A stretch of DNA of 64,000 bases from a bacterium (GTDB lineage: Bacteria > Synergistota > GBS-1), in the NCBI GenBank assembly GCA_030153785.1, contig JASKLF010000005.1:1-64000 (forward strand), in the 5' to 3' direction. The position numbers and the translations under genes are program-made. The notes under the pieces were generated by a model, which did not search any database, had not been told where the DNA came from, and worked only from the letters and a program-made list of their open reading frames with translations. This document shows positions 1 through 9,555 of the stretch, piece after piece (position 1 is the stretch's first letter; every line of letters starts with the position of its first letter).

Positions 1-41
1 AGCCTGCGAAAGCAGGCGAAGAGTTCCGCACGCCGCCAAGA

Positions 42-1553
42 TTAATCAACTTTGATGTTAAGTTCTTCAAGTTGGCTATTTGCATATTTCATTCCTTCTT
101 CCTCGTCTTTTTCAATGTATATCTCCACAGTTCTTTTTGCTATTTCCAAAAGTTTTTTGCTGTTTTCCCTTGCTTTGAACGATTGTTGGATAAGTTGGGA
201 GATTTTTTGTTGGGTTTGAGGTTCAATCAAAGGGACTATAAGTTTTGAGAAGTTTATTGTGTTTACATAAGGTTGAACATTCCCTGTCTGCAATTTTTGT
301 AAAAATAATTTACCTACAACTTTAATATACAATGCTAACACCTCTGAATTTATGAGGTTTTTATTAGGTCTTAATCTTACAATATTTTGGTTTATAGCAC
401 CAGTTTTATTAAGTGTGTAAATAACTGCTTCGCCTATTGTTCCTGTTATAGATACCAAGATATCACCATTTACAACACTACAGTAATTTAATTTTTTTAA
501 TGTTTCTTTATCTATAGAATATAAATCCTTTTCTTTTGTGTTTAAGAACGGGCCAAAAGCATCAACTCTTACAAATGGATGTTCGTTTCTATCGTAAAAT
601 TTAATTAAATTTTTTGGGGTTGTCCCATTCTTGATAGCGTCAAGTAATAATTCCCTAATGAGTCTATAACCATTTTTGTAATTACTTATTGTTTTTTCAA
701 TATCATCATACTTAGGCTCCCAATATTCAGCGTCCATTCTATCGGCTTTTAAAACCTCGGAAAGCATCCTTATTGAAATGTTTTCTTCTTCCTCAAAATC
801 CTTTCCACCAATTTTTATTTTCTTAGTTCTTGGTTTCCAGTCCTTAAGTCCTAACTCTTCCAATAGGATTTCTTCTGCTTGCTTGTAAAGTTGCTCTGCC
901 TTTTGTCTTTCTTCATAAGCTTTTAAAACAAGTTTTTCTATGAATTTTTGGAAGGCGTCAGAGGGGATGGGGATTTTAAGTTGTTTTATTTGATAAAGGT
1001 ATAATCCTTGTTGTAATCCACCAGTGCTGATTTGTTCTAATAAAATTTGAGCATTTTTCGACATTAAGAAAGCCTGTAAATAAAATGGACTTATTGGAGA
1101 AGTTTTAGATAATTTTATTTTAGCAATATCTCTACTAAGAATTGCTTTTATTCGCTCTGTAACAACACAAACTTTACCTATAGTACCAACAGTGGTTATT
1201 AAGACATCATTTACTTCAACAAAATTCTTTTTACTTTGTTTATTTGCGTATTCAAAACATACTTTTTTAACGGAATTTAAATTAATTCCAGTTTCTTCGA
1301 TTTCTTCTACTTTCAAATAAAGGATTCCTTCTTCGCAATATTTAGGGTTTCCATGATCACCATCTGTAATTAATTCGGAAATCTTTTTATCACCTAAACA
1401 TTCCCATTTTTTCCTTTTAATTTTCTCTTCATTTCTTAAATAATACGGATCATAATATTCCGCATCAATCCTTAATTCTCCTTCTAATTCTGAAACATTA
1501 ACTATTGAATATTCCACATCATAATATTTTCCTTTATGAGTCGCTGTTATCAT
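42..1553 (-). CDS. hsdS: Restriction-modification specificity (S) subunit with two target-recognition domains
   Basis: Duplicated RIDAEYY/RMDAEYW...GDILVSITGTIG...Q-I-KLKIPIP architecture; adjacent to an N6 methylase. Confidence 0.85.
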   Translation of the reverse strand: MITATHKGKYYDVEYSIVNVSELEGELRIDAEYYDPYYLRNEEKIKRKKWECLGDKKISELITDGDHGNPKYCEEGILYLKVEEIEETGINLNSVKKVCFEYANKQSKKNFVEVNDVLITTVGTIGKVCVVTERIKAILSRDIAKIKLSKTSPISPFYLQAFLMSKNAQILLEQISTGGLQQGLYLYQIKQLKIPIPSDAFQKFIEKLVLKAYEERQKAEQLYKQAEEILLEELGLKDWKPRTKKIKIGGKDFEEEENISIRMLSEVLKADRMDAEYWEPKYDDIEKTISNYKNGYRLIRELLLDAIKNGTTPKNLIKFYDRNEHPFVRVDAFGPFLNTKEKDLYSIDKETLKKLNYCSVVNGDILVSITGTIGEAVIYTLNKTGAINQNIVRLRPNKNLINSEVLALYIKVVGKLFLQKLQTGNVQPYVNTINFSKLIVPLIEPQTQQKISQLIQQSFKARENSKKLLEIAKRTVEIYIEKDEEEGMKYANSQLEELNIKVD

Positions 1554-2508
1554 TTTTTACACCTCTGTTTTGTAAAATTTTAATATTTTCTTCTGTTATA
1601 TGTTTAAGAGCTAAATAAGTACATTTAAATAATAACTGCCAGTCTTTGTCCATTGGGTCAATGATAAAATGGAACAAGATATTTCTCAATTTATAAGCAA
1701 AATCTATAAACCATTTAGTCAAATTTTCTTCAAAAAATTGAGGCTTGTTTTGAATTTCTAAAATATTTGGATTCAAGGTAGCAATTGCATTATCTGGTCT
1801 CAGTGGAAAAACTTCTTTAATATCTAATTCTTCATTTAATTTTCTTTCTATATCTCTTAAGCATTTATCATTAAGAAAATTAATTCTTTTTTGTTTTCCT
1901 CGGTCATTAAGATGACTATTGTTATTGACAATATTTTCCGTTTTTTGTCTTATAGCTAATAAAATTTCTTCTATAAACTTGCCCTTTTCTTTAAAAATTC
2001 TACTATTTTTAACTTTTTCTGATAAAGAAAACCCCGTTTTTATTTCTTCTCCGAAGTAATTTTTAAAAGTTTGCCGATAATCTCTCAATATGATTCTAAG
2101 GTGTTTTTCTCCACTATTTAAAAAAGCATCTAAAGAAAGCTTAGTAGTTTTACCTCTATAAGTATATGAAAATTCTTGAGAATATCCTACATTATATGAG
2201 TAAAAAATTTCAAAATAATCTTTCAAAAATGTATTTGAATTTAAAGCATTATTTTTAGCTTGGATATAAGATTTAAATACATTTTTTATAAACTCATCAT
2301 CTATTTGAATCACAATATCTTCAAAAAGTTTCTGTTTATATTCTTCTAAAATTTGACTATCTCCTATACTTCTATTATTAGTATTATTTATGAGTTCTTG
2401 AAGAGATGCAAGAAAAGTAAACCAAGTTTTAATAAACATAGTTATATAATCTGTTTCTATAAGTGAAAGCCAATTTAAATATTTTTCTCTAATATCTCCA
2501 GAGGTCAT
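1534..2508 (-). CDS. Putative HEPN-domain protein (ApeA-like), embedded in the RM operon
   Basis: C-terminal YKLRNILFH (Rx4H) motif and N-terminal DYITMFIKTW helix; abuts the RM gene and overlaps the S gene. Confidence 0.6.
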   Translation of the reverse strand: MTSGDIREKYLNWLSLIETDYITMFIKTWFTFLASLQELINNTNNRSIGDSQILEEYKQKLFEDIVIQIDDEFIKNVFKSYIQAKNNALNSNTFLKDYFEIFYSYNVGYSQEFSYTYRGKTTKLSLDAFLNSGEKHLRIILRDYRQTFKNYFGEEIKTGFSLSEKVKNSRIFKEKGKFIEEILLAIRQKTENIVNNNSHLNDRGKQKRINFLNDKCLRDIERKLNEELDIKEVFPLRPDNAIATLNPNILEIQNKPQFFEENLTKWFIDFAYKLRNILFHFIIDPMDKDWQLLFKCTYLALKHITEENIKILQNRGVKNDNSDS

Positions 2509-2510
2509 TT

Positions 2511-4496
2511 TTACCCAACTTCCACATCATCCAAGAAATCAAAAGCCTTATCCCCTTCTTCCAATTTCTCCTTCCCCCACTTGATGAACGCATCTGCTAT
2601 ATCAAATAAATCTGTTTGATAGATGGGGTTTCCTCTTTCATCAAATATTAAATTTCCGTTTTCATCTTTTACAAAAATATAATTTCCTGAATTATCTTTA
2701 AAAGGAATTTTTGAAACTGCAAAGAATATTGGGTAATCCTTAATTTTAGGATTTCCTCCTTCATCAAGTTCTTCTTCTTTCCATTTCCTCAAAAACAGTA
2801 AAGAAGTTTTCGTTCCTGTATGTGGTTTAAATGAGTTGATGTGTAGTCCAATAACCGCTATGATTCTTGCTTTTTTCATTATAAATTCTCTAATATATTT
2901 ATCATTTGTGTTATTAAACACACCTTGAGGCAAAACAATCGCCAATCTTCCACCGGGCTTTATCATATCTAAAGCTCTTTCAATAAAAAGTATATGTCTG
3001 TCTATTTTAGAACCCGGTTTCTTTTTGCTTTCCGGGACAATATCGTAAAGTGCCTTAAGCCATCCTTCTTTTATATCCCCGGCAAAAGGTGGATTTGTCA
3101 TTAAAATATCAAAATTAAGCTCTTTAAATTTTTCATCTCTTACAAGATCTTCTTCTTTTAAATCCTCTTTTAGCTTCTCACTCCATCTGGTAAATTCAAG
3201 CGAGTTTTCTTTATAAATATGAGATCTGCCGTCTCCAGCAATTAACATGATAGCCCTTGAAATCTTGGTAGCTTTCTCCTCAAAATCTATACCCCACAAA
3301 TACTTTCTTGCATAAGCAGTTTTTACATCCTTCTCTTTCATATTGTATTTGTCCCAAACATATTGCATTGCATGGACGAGAAACCCAGCACTACCACAGG
3401 CAGGATCAATGATGTATTCTCTTTTATGAGGGTTTAGCATTTTTACGGCGGCATCTATTATCACTCTTGGAGTGAAATATTGTCCTTTCTTTGACTTTGA
3501 AACTTCAGGTACGAGATACTCAAAAGCCTCATCAATTATTCTTAAATCTGCCCCAAAGAGTTTTACTTCCTGCATTTCAGCAACGCATACGCTTAAATGT
3601 TCCGGGGTGAGTTTTATCTTATCTGTTGTTTCAAAAATACCTTTCCATTCTTGCTTTGCACCCTCAAACAAATCGGAAATTACTTTATAAGTTGTATTCG
3701 GGTCTTTATATTTTCTAAACTTCAATTCCTTGTTTTTTCTGCTTTTTGCTTCCCATTCATCAAATAGTTTGGCATAGATTAACTTAAATATCTCATTAAA
3801 ACTATCTACTCCCGAATTTGCTAAAACTAACTCTTCAAGCAGTTCAATAATTTCCCTTAGTGATTTTTTCTTCTCTCTTGATTTTTTCTCTAACTCTTCG
3901 AGAGTCCATTTTCTGCTCAAAACAATATCTGCAACTTCTATGGCAGGATTTTTCGCATCTTTTACTTCTAAATATTCTGTATATGTTGGAATATCAGGTA
4001 AGTTATCATCGAATTCCTTTGGATATGGTCTATAGAGAATAGTTATCTCTTTACCATTAACCGCAACACCAATCGGAGAACCTTCAGCATTCAAATAACT
4101 CTTAAGCTGAGGAATATTTAGTTTCTCATTAGGGGCTTTCACTTCTACCAGAATCCAAGGAGTTATTCCATCTTGCTGATATACAACAATGTCTGCTCTT
4201 TTCTTCTCTCTACCAAAATTTACTTTCTCTTCAACTTTAATTCTGTCAACTGGATAACCATAATTATCTGTCAATTCAAAAAGAAAAAGTTGCCTTACGA
4301 TCTCTTCAGGTCTTTTTTGGTTTTTGTTTTCGTCAAGTACTAACTTCTCTTTTCCATATGCATCATGGGTTTTTATAAACCACTTGCCTTTATCTTTTTC
4401 GTATATCGTAAGTTTGTTTAAGTGATTTGCTAATAACGATAGCTCTGTTAGAGCATTTGGAATTATCTTATTTATAATTTTAATTTTTTCATCCAT
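2511..4496 (-). CDS. Fused restriction endonuclease (HsdR_N-like PD-(D/E)xK) plus N6-adenine methyltransferase, type IIB/IIG-like
   Basis: PEEIVRQ...RADIVVY...VEVKAP nuclease motif; GQYFTP, DPACGSAGFL and NPPF methylase motifs. Confidence 0.88.
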   Translation of the reverse strand: MDEKIKIINKIIPNALTELSLLANHLNKLTIYEKDKGKWFIKTHDAYGKEKLVLDENKNQKRPEEIVRQLFLFELTDNYGYPVDRIKVEEKVNFGREKKRADIVVYQQDGITPWILVEVKAPNEKLNIPQLKSYLNAEGSPIGVAVNGKEITILYRPYPKEFDDNLPDIPTYTEYLEVKDAKNPAIEVADIVLSRKWTLEELEKKSREKKKSLREIIELLEELVLANSGVDSFNEIFKLIYAKLFDEWEAKSRKNKELKFRKYKDPNTTYKVISDLFEGAKQEWKGIFETTDKIKLTPEHLSVCVAEMQEVKLFGADLRIIDEAFEYLVPEVSKSKKGQYFTPRVIIDAAVKMLNPHKREYIIDPACGSAGFLVHAMQYVWDKYNMKEKDVKTAYARKYLWGIDFEEKATKISRAIMLIAGDGRSHIYKENSLEFTRWSEKLKEDLKEEDLVRDEKFKELNFDILMTNPPFAGDIKEGWLKALYDIVPESKKKPGSKIDRHILFIERALDMIKPGGRLAIVLPQGVFNNTNDKYIREFIMKKARIIAVIGLHINSFKPHTGTKTSLLFLRKWKEEELDEGGNPKIKDYPIFFAVSKIPFKDNSGNYIFVKDENGNLIFDERGNPIYQTDLFDIADAFIKWGKEKLEEGDKAFDFLDDVEVG

Positions 4497-4590
4497 ATTC
4501 CATCTCCTTAATACCTGATTTTTATAATAAATTACATACCTAAAAAGTAACTAACAAACATTTAGCAAAATATTCTACACCTTCTTCCCA

Positions 4591-5109
4591 TTACTCACAC
4601 AAGCACCTCATAAGCCCGTAATCCACTCCCCATAACCCTGCCCTTTCGCTCTTTGCCCTTTCTTGAGCATTGATGTAATCCTGCTTCGTGTTCCTCCAAT
4701 AAACACACGCATATCCATCCGTTATCATCTGCTTTCCAAAATCCGTTCCGTCCGCAAAGTGGATTATCCCTAAGTATCTTCCGTAGTATCCCATTCCTTT
4801 AAATTCCACCTCAACCTGTTTTCCTTTTTGAGAAAAAAGAGACTCCGCATGTTTAGTAGCTAAAACTCCCAGTCTTCTCACATCATCAACATCAACCCCG
4901 CACTTCCTTGCAGTTCTCTCAAGCTTCTCTGAATGATACTTCTCAGGAGTGTCTATTCCCCAGACCCTGACTTTTATCTTTCTCTGCCCTTCTTTTTTTA
5001 TCCAGATGGTGTCTCCGTCTGAAACCTCAACCATATGCCATAAGTCAGCAGCAAAAACTGGAATAAAAAAGAAAAGAAAAGTCAATAAACTTACAAAACT
5101 TCTTTTCAT
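4591..5109 (-). CDS. Thermonuclease (SNase-like) with signal peptide
   Basis: VSDGDTI, VRVWGIDTPE, YGRYLG and AGLWG motifs; hydrophobic N-terminus. Confidence 0.88.
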   Translation of the reverse strand: MKRSFVSLLTFLFFFIPVFAADLWHMVEVSDGDTIWIKKEGQRKIKVRVWGIDTPEKYHSEKLERTARKCGVDVDDVRRLGVLATKHAESLFSQKGKQVEVEFKGMGYYGRYLGIIHFADGTDFGKQMITDGYACVYWRNTKQDYINAQERAKSERAGLWGVDYGLMRCLCE

Positions 5110-5121
5110 TCAGCCTCCTTT

Positions 5122-5595
5122 TTATTCACTTTTTTTACCCTGAATCTCTTCAATAACATCCTGCATCTGCTTCACTTTCTCACGGGCTTTTAAATACGCT
5201 CTGTAAATGCGGAGCCTTGCAGGTAAATTTTCATAAAAAAATTCGTAATCGGTATCACAATCGGTCAAATCTTTCAGCAAAACTTCAACATCAAAAAATT
5301 CTTCACTTTTTCTGTTCAGATAAAAGGTAGGTATCCAGCACAGATAGCCTATTATGTCAGCATCCCTTTCGTTTCTTGCATTTATTCTGAGATTGCTTTT
5401 TCCGTTAAGAACATCCTCTTTGTAGTGCCCGCACATCAGGTGTCCAAGTTCATGCCCCAGAGTCAAAACAAGCCTCTCTGGATGCTCATCAGGATTGTAT
5501 ACAAGTATCCTTTTTCCATCTTTTCTGCTGAAAAGCAGAAAAGGACAGCTGTAAGTTCTGTCTTCAACAGGAATAACGCTAAATTTTTCAAGCAT
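5122..5595 (-). CDS. ImmA/IrrE-family zinc metallopeptidase (frame stays open upstream to ~5748)
   Basis: TLGHELGH HExxH motif plus downstream E-x-x-A-D; upstream in-frame sequence has no stop until ~5750. Confidence 0.8.
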   Translation of the reverse strand: MLEKFSVIPVEDRTYSCPFLLFSRKDGKRILVYNPDEHPERLVLTLGHELGHLMCGHYKEDVLNGKSNLRINARNERDADIIGYLCWIPTFYLNRKSEEFFDVEVLLKDLTDCDTDYEFFYENLPARLRIYRAYLKAREKVKQMQDVIEEIQGKKSE

Positions 5596-5760
5596 TGCAA
5601 GAACATCTTCATAGTGCAGAAACTTTTTATTGAAACCGTAAGCAGAAAAAACTTTTTCGTATCTTTTAATGATGAAATAAAGATAATATTTTGGAAGAAA
5701 TGACGAAAAAGGAAATTTCTTTCCGTTATTTCCGCAATTTTTTCCAATTCACTTTCCCTC

Positions 5761-5789
5761 TTGACAAAAATGAAATTATGTTGTAAAAT
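5761..5789 (+). promoter_or_regulatory. Sigma70-type promoter for the rightward island operon
   Basis: TTGACA-17 nt-TAAAAT upstream of the AAGGAGG RBS of the HTH gene. Confidence 0.65.
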
Positions 5790-5834
5790 CTTTTTACTAA
5801 AAGTGAAAGGAGTTACTCTAAAGGAGGGAATTAA

Positions 5835-6116
5835 ATGACAGAAAAAGAGATTTCTGTCAATCAAGGAAACCTCCTCAGAGCATTACTGCTCCTTAAAGGA
5901 GTAAAAATCACAGATCTTGCTAAAAAGCTTGGAGTTTCTCACTCTTATATCTCCGCCGTTATTCACAATAAAAAGAAAAATAAACGCATTCTTCAGCAAA
6001 TCCTGAAAGAACTTGGATTTTTACCTTCATCTCATTTTGATTTTACAAAGTTTTTACAAAACAGTCAAGATTGTTACCTCAAGAAAAAAGAAGAAAAAGA
6101 GGGAAATAATGAATAA
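5835..6116 (+). CDS. XRE/Cro-like helix-turn-helix regulator
   Basis: ITDLAKKLGVSHSYISAVI HTH; divergent from the ImmA-like gene. Confidence 0.8.
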   Translation: MTEKEISVNQGNLLRALLLLKGVKITDLAKKLGVSHSYISAVIHNKKKNKRILQQILKELGFLPSSHFDFTKFLQNSQDCYLKKKEEKEGNNE

Positions 6117-6288
6117 AAACCAGAAATACACGGCAGAATATATTTTTTCAATAAAAAATGATCCTCTTAAAACCGAAAAAATTTTACAGATTTTATACAA
6201 AGCTTTGAAAAGAAACTCAGAAAAAATAAAAGGAGGGACGAAGAATGACGAAGCAAGACCTCTGGAAGCAAGCAGTAGACTTTATTGA
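6109..6288 (+). CDS. Small hypothetical protein
   Basis: ATG at 6109 after GAGGG, overlapping the HTH stop; operon-like spacing. Confidence 0.45.
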   Translation: MNKNQKYTAEYIFSIKNDPLKTEKILQILYKALKRNSEKIKGGTKNDEARPLEASSRLY

Positions 6289-6933
6289 ATCACAAAAACC
6301 CATTCTTTTGAAAAAATCAAAAAATATAAAGCATATTCAACAGGACTTGAAACAGAAGACTTTCTACAAGAAACAAGAATTGTCGCATTTGAAACGGCAG
6401 AAGAAACGCTCAAAAAGTGCTGTCAAAACTGCGGAAATACTAAATGTTCCATGTGCCAATGCACAAACTTTCAAAAAATTTTCTGGGGAAAACTCAAAAG
6501 CAGATTTTATCAGCCTGATTTAACAGACATTCCTTCGGAATACAGGCTTTACAAAAACAGCCAAAAAACAGAAGAAGAATTCTCCCGCAAACCTTTCAAA
6601 AGGCTTTCCACAGAACTTCCCACAGAAGAAACTTTTAATGAAAACATAATTCTCTTAAAATATGAAGAATCTCCAGAAACCATTTTTGTTAAAAATGAAG
6701 ACAACAAAAAATACAAAACAGAAAAAGAAAATCTCAGAAAAGCTCTTTTAACAATTTTCACTAAAAAAGAAAAAGAAATCTTCTTCCTTCTTGAAAACGG
6801 AGAAAGCATTGAAAATATTGCTTTCAAAATGGGATATAAACACAAAAACGGCGTTTACACGGCATTAAGAAGAATGCAGGAAAAGGCTGAAAAAGCAGTT
6901 TCACTAAGGAAAAATTTCTGTCTTTTTAATTAA
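6245..6933 (+). pseudogene. Sigma-70-like factor with Cys-rich insert, split by a 1-nt frameshift at the A runs 6311-6324
   Basis: Adding one A joins MTKQDLWKQAV...LKK to IKKYKAYSTGLETEDFLQETRIVAFE (region 2-like) and FTKKEKEIFFLL...IENIAFKMG...VYTALRR (region 4 HTH). Confidence 0.65.
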
Positions 6934-6945
6934 AGACTTTTAAAT

Positions 6946-6978
6946 AAAAAGCCCTCCTTGAGAAGAAGGAGGGCTTTT
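6946..6978 (+). terminator. Intrinsic terminator hairpin
   Basis: AAAAGCCCTCCTT-GAGAAG-AAGGAGGGCTTTT. Confidence 0.75.
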
Positions 6979-7033
6979 AAATGAGTTACTGCGATCACAC
7001 TTTTATTAAAGTGTAAAGCACGGGGGTGTGCTT

Positions 7034-8081
7034 ATGAACAATTCTATAACAGAAAAAGAAAAAAATCAAGACTTTTTTTTTAAAATTTTTACAAACACTT
7101 CAAACTGAAGCTTGCTCAAACACGCTCTTTATTTTTAAAGCGGGGGAAGAGCTATCAGAAAAAATTCCTGTTATTACTTTAAGTTTTTCTTGGGATAAAG
7201 AAAGAAAAAAAGTCAATAAAAAACCCCTTTTTTCTTGGAAGGAAAATCTTGAACCTTCTTTTCTCAAAGAAGAACTACAAAAAGTTAAAGAAGAATACGA
7301 AAAAAACATCTATCAGAAAGGGATTGCCCTCGTTCTTGAAAGCTTCGGCGGGATGGTAATTGACATTGACAATCTTATTCTTTTTGAAAACTGGTTGGGA
7401 ACTTTTCATAAATTCAAAAACATTCAAGAATTTCTTGAAGACTTGAAAAAAGATGCTTTTCTCATCACAAAAAGCATTTTAAGAGGATATCATATCTACA
7501 TAAATCCTGATATTATCTTTTCGCAGTTAATTGAAAATCCCAACAACAAAAAACTTCTTGAAAATTTTGGTTTTGAATTTAGAACACAAGGTTTAATTGT
7601 TTTCCCTCCAAGCTGTTTTTATCTTGAAAAAGAACAGAGGCTTTTAAAAACAGAAATCATTCATATTTATCCCGAAAACTTTAAAAAAGAAAAAATAGAA
7701 AGCGAAGCACTATTTTTAATAATAGATGCTGTTAATTCGATTCTTCTTGAGGAAGAAAAGAAAAAAATTTCAATCTTCCAAAAAAAAGACGAAAAAAAAT
7801 GGGAAGAAGAAAGAAAAAAATTTGCAGACTTAAAAGAAATCATAGAAGAAGTAAAAAGAAAAGTAACTTTTCATGATATTATTCCCGAACACTTTGCAAA
7901 ATCAAAAACTTACTATGACCTTTATCATTGTCCTTTTCACTCTCCAGACTTAAATCCTTCATTTGCAGTTTATAAAAATGAAAAATACGAATACGCTTAT
8001 GACTTTCACACTCAAGAGGGATATGACATTGTTTCCTTTTATCAAAAATACAACAATCTTGATTTTATAGACGCTTTAAAA
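7034..8081 (+). pseudogene. Primase-polymerase (AEP/Prim-Pol-like) with CHC2-like zinc finger; frameshifted at T9 (7073-7081) and truncated at the island junction
   Basis: GIAL...MVIDID, RGYHIY and VFPPS motifs, then CPFH...NPSF...GYDIVSF; removing one T joins ATG 7034 to the 7353 ORF. Confidence 0.7.
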
Positions 8082-8239
8082 CCGAAGTGTGTAGCTGCTA
8101 AGGTTGCAGCGGCAAGCCATATACCAAGTCTTCTGCCGGCTAAAAGAAAGTCCGTCATTCCCTTTACATAGCGCTTACTAACCCACCAGCCTATGAGGAG
8201 CATGGCAACCATGTAAATTACGATAATGGATAAGATCAT
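8081..8239 (-). pseudogene. 5-prime fragment of a sodium:solute symporter (SSS family)
   Basis: IIVIYMVAMLLIGWW...DFLLAGRRLG...ATLAATHFG is a typical SSS N-terminus; it runs into island DNA after codon ~53. Confidence 0.8.
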
Positions 8240-8401
8240 ATTCTCAACTCCTTTCTGTAAGATTTATTCCGAGCCATAGTTTAAGTTAAACTTGGCTAAA
8301 TGTCAACCGTTTTCACTTCAAGGGGGCTCGTTGACTGTAGTCTAAAATTTTATATAATATTCTTGGTTACCCGAACCCTTGTCTTTGGGTGGTGATGTTA
8401 A

Positions 8402-9448
8402 ATGATTCGGGTAAGATGGCTATGGTTGATTTGTTTAATCTTTGTTTTCGGTTCCTTTTTCCCATTGCTTGGTTTTGCTTCTAAGGGGGATAATGAGATA
8501 ATAGAGCCCTTCGAGGAGGACCGTTATAACGACAGGCTTGAGATTTTAAAAGAGGCTATAAGGTTAACTCTTGACTTCTCTTTAGCCTATTTAGATCTTG
8601 AACTGGATCGACTCAGGTTTGGTGAGTATAGTGAACCTCCCGGGGAGGTTAGATACACTGAAGAGCCAAAGGCTAAGAATGCTAAGGAGTATTATGAGCT
8701 CGGTTTATATTACATGAAGCAAAACAGTTATAGCAAGGCTATAGATGCTTTCAAGCAGGCCATAAAATTAAAACCTGACTATCCCGAGGCCTTCAACGGT
8801 CTTGGATTGGTCTATGGCAGTTTAGGTAGCTATGAAGATGCGATCAAAGCTTTTAAATCGGCAATCAGATTGAAGGGGGATTATAAAGAGGCTTATTATA
8901 ACCTCGGTCTGTCTTATGGCAAGCTTGGTCGTTATGAAGAGGCCGTTAAGGCGTTTGAGAGGGCTTTGGAGTTAAGCTCTGAAGAGGAGAGCATAAAGGT
9001 CAATCTTGCTTTAGCCTATTACAAGATTGGCGGTTTTTATTGGGAACTTGCTAAGTACAAAAAGTCGCTGGAAGCCTTCAAGAAGGCTGTTGAGCTTGAT
9101 CCCAATAATGTAAATTTCTATCATGACCTCGCTTGTGCTTATGGGAAACTTGGTTCCTACGATGAGGCTATAAAGATTTATAAAGAGGTAATAAAGCTAA
9201 ACCCGGAGTATGCATTGGCCTATTATAATCTCGGCGTTTGCTATGCAAAGCTTGAGCGTTATGTTGAGGCATTAGAGGCATTGGAGAAGGCTTTAAAGAT
9301 GAGGTACGATTATGCGAAGTCCCATTATGGTATATCTTTGGTTTATTTAATCCTTGGAAATAATAACTATGCGTTTAAGCATTACAAGATTTTGGAAAAA
9401 CTCGATCCCGATTTGGCTAAGGAGCTGTTTAGGTATATCTTTCCGTAA
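8402..9448 (+). CDS. Tetratricopeptide-repeat protein with N-terminal signal/TM segment
   Basis: Multiple AYYNLG...Y-EA...F-A 34-aa repeats. Confidence 0.9.
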   Translation: MIRVRWLWLICLIFVFGSFFPLLGFASKGDNEIIEPFEEDRYNDRLEILKEAIRLTLDFSLAYLDLELDRLRFGEYSEPPGEVRYTEEPKAKNAKEYYELGLYYMKQNSYSKAIDAFKQAIKLKPDYPEAFNGLGLVYGSLGSYEDAIKAFKSAIRLKGDYKEAYYNLGLSYGKLGRYEEAVKAFERALELSSEEESIKVNLALAYYKIGGFYWELAKYKKSLEAFKKAVELDPNNVNFYHDLACAYGKLGSYDEAIKIYKEVIKLNPEYALAYYNLGVCYAKLERYVEALEALEKALKMRYDYAKSHYGISLVYLILGNNNYAFKHYKILEKLDPDLAKELFRYIFP

Positions 9449-9491
9449 GGGGTGGGGGCAAAATTTTTGTAAAGTTCCCTTTGGCGAGTGC

Positions 9492-9521
9492 TTGACAAGT
9501 AAAAAGGTTATATGATATATT
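9492..9521 (+). promoter_or_regulatory. Sigma70-type promoter of the lysW operon
   Basis: TTGACA at 9492 and extended TGnTATATT at 9513-9521. Confidence 0.6.
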
Positions 9522-9555
9522 ATGCCCGATAATTGATATGGGAGGTAATGGTGGT

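Larger units (their letters stand above)
1..8081. mobile_element. AT-rich integrative/defence island (left end outside the window)
   Basis: Visibly lower GC with long A/T runs compared with the rest of the window; contains RM, ImmA-like, HTH, sigma-like and primase-polymerase genes; abrupt junction at ~8081 truncates genes on both sides; no integrase in the window. Confidence 0.7.

Noticed and set aside
5425..5864. ORFs 5425-5703 (+) and 5463-5864 (-)
   Set aside because: Shadow frames of the ImmA-like gene and its promoter region
8082..8171. C-terminal tail of the primase ORF (PKCVAAKVAAASH...)
   Set aside because: It is the antisense reading of the symporter fragment beyond the junction
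8680..9330. Repetitive DNA in the 8402 gene
   Set aside because: Explained by ordinary TPR protein repeats
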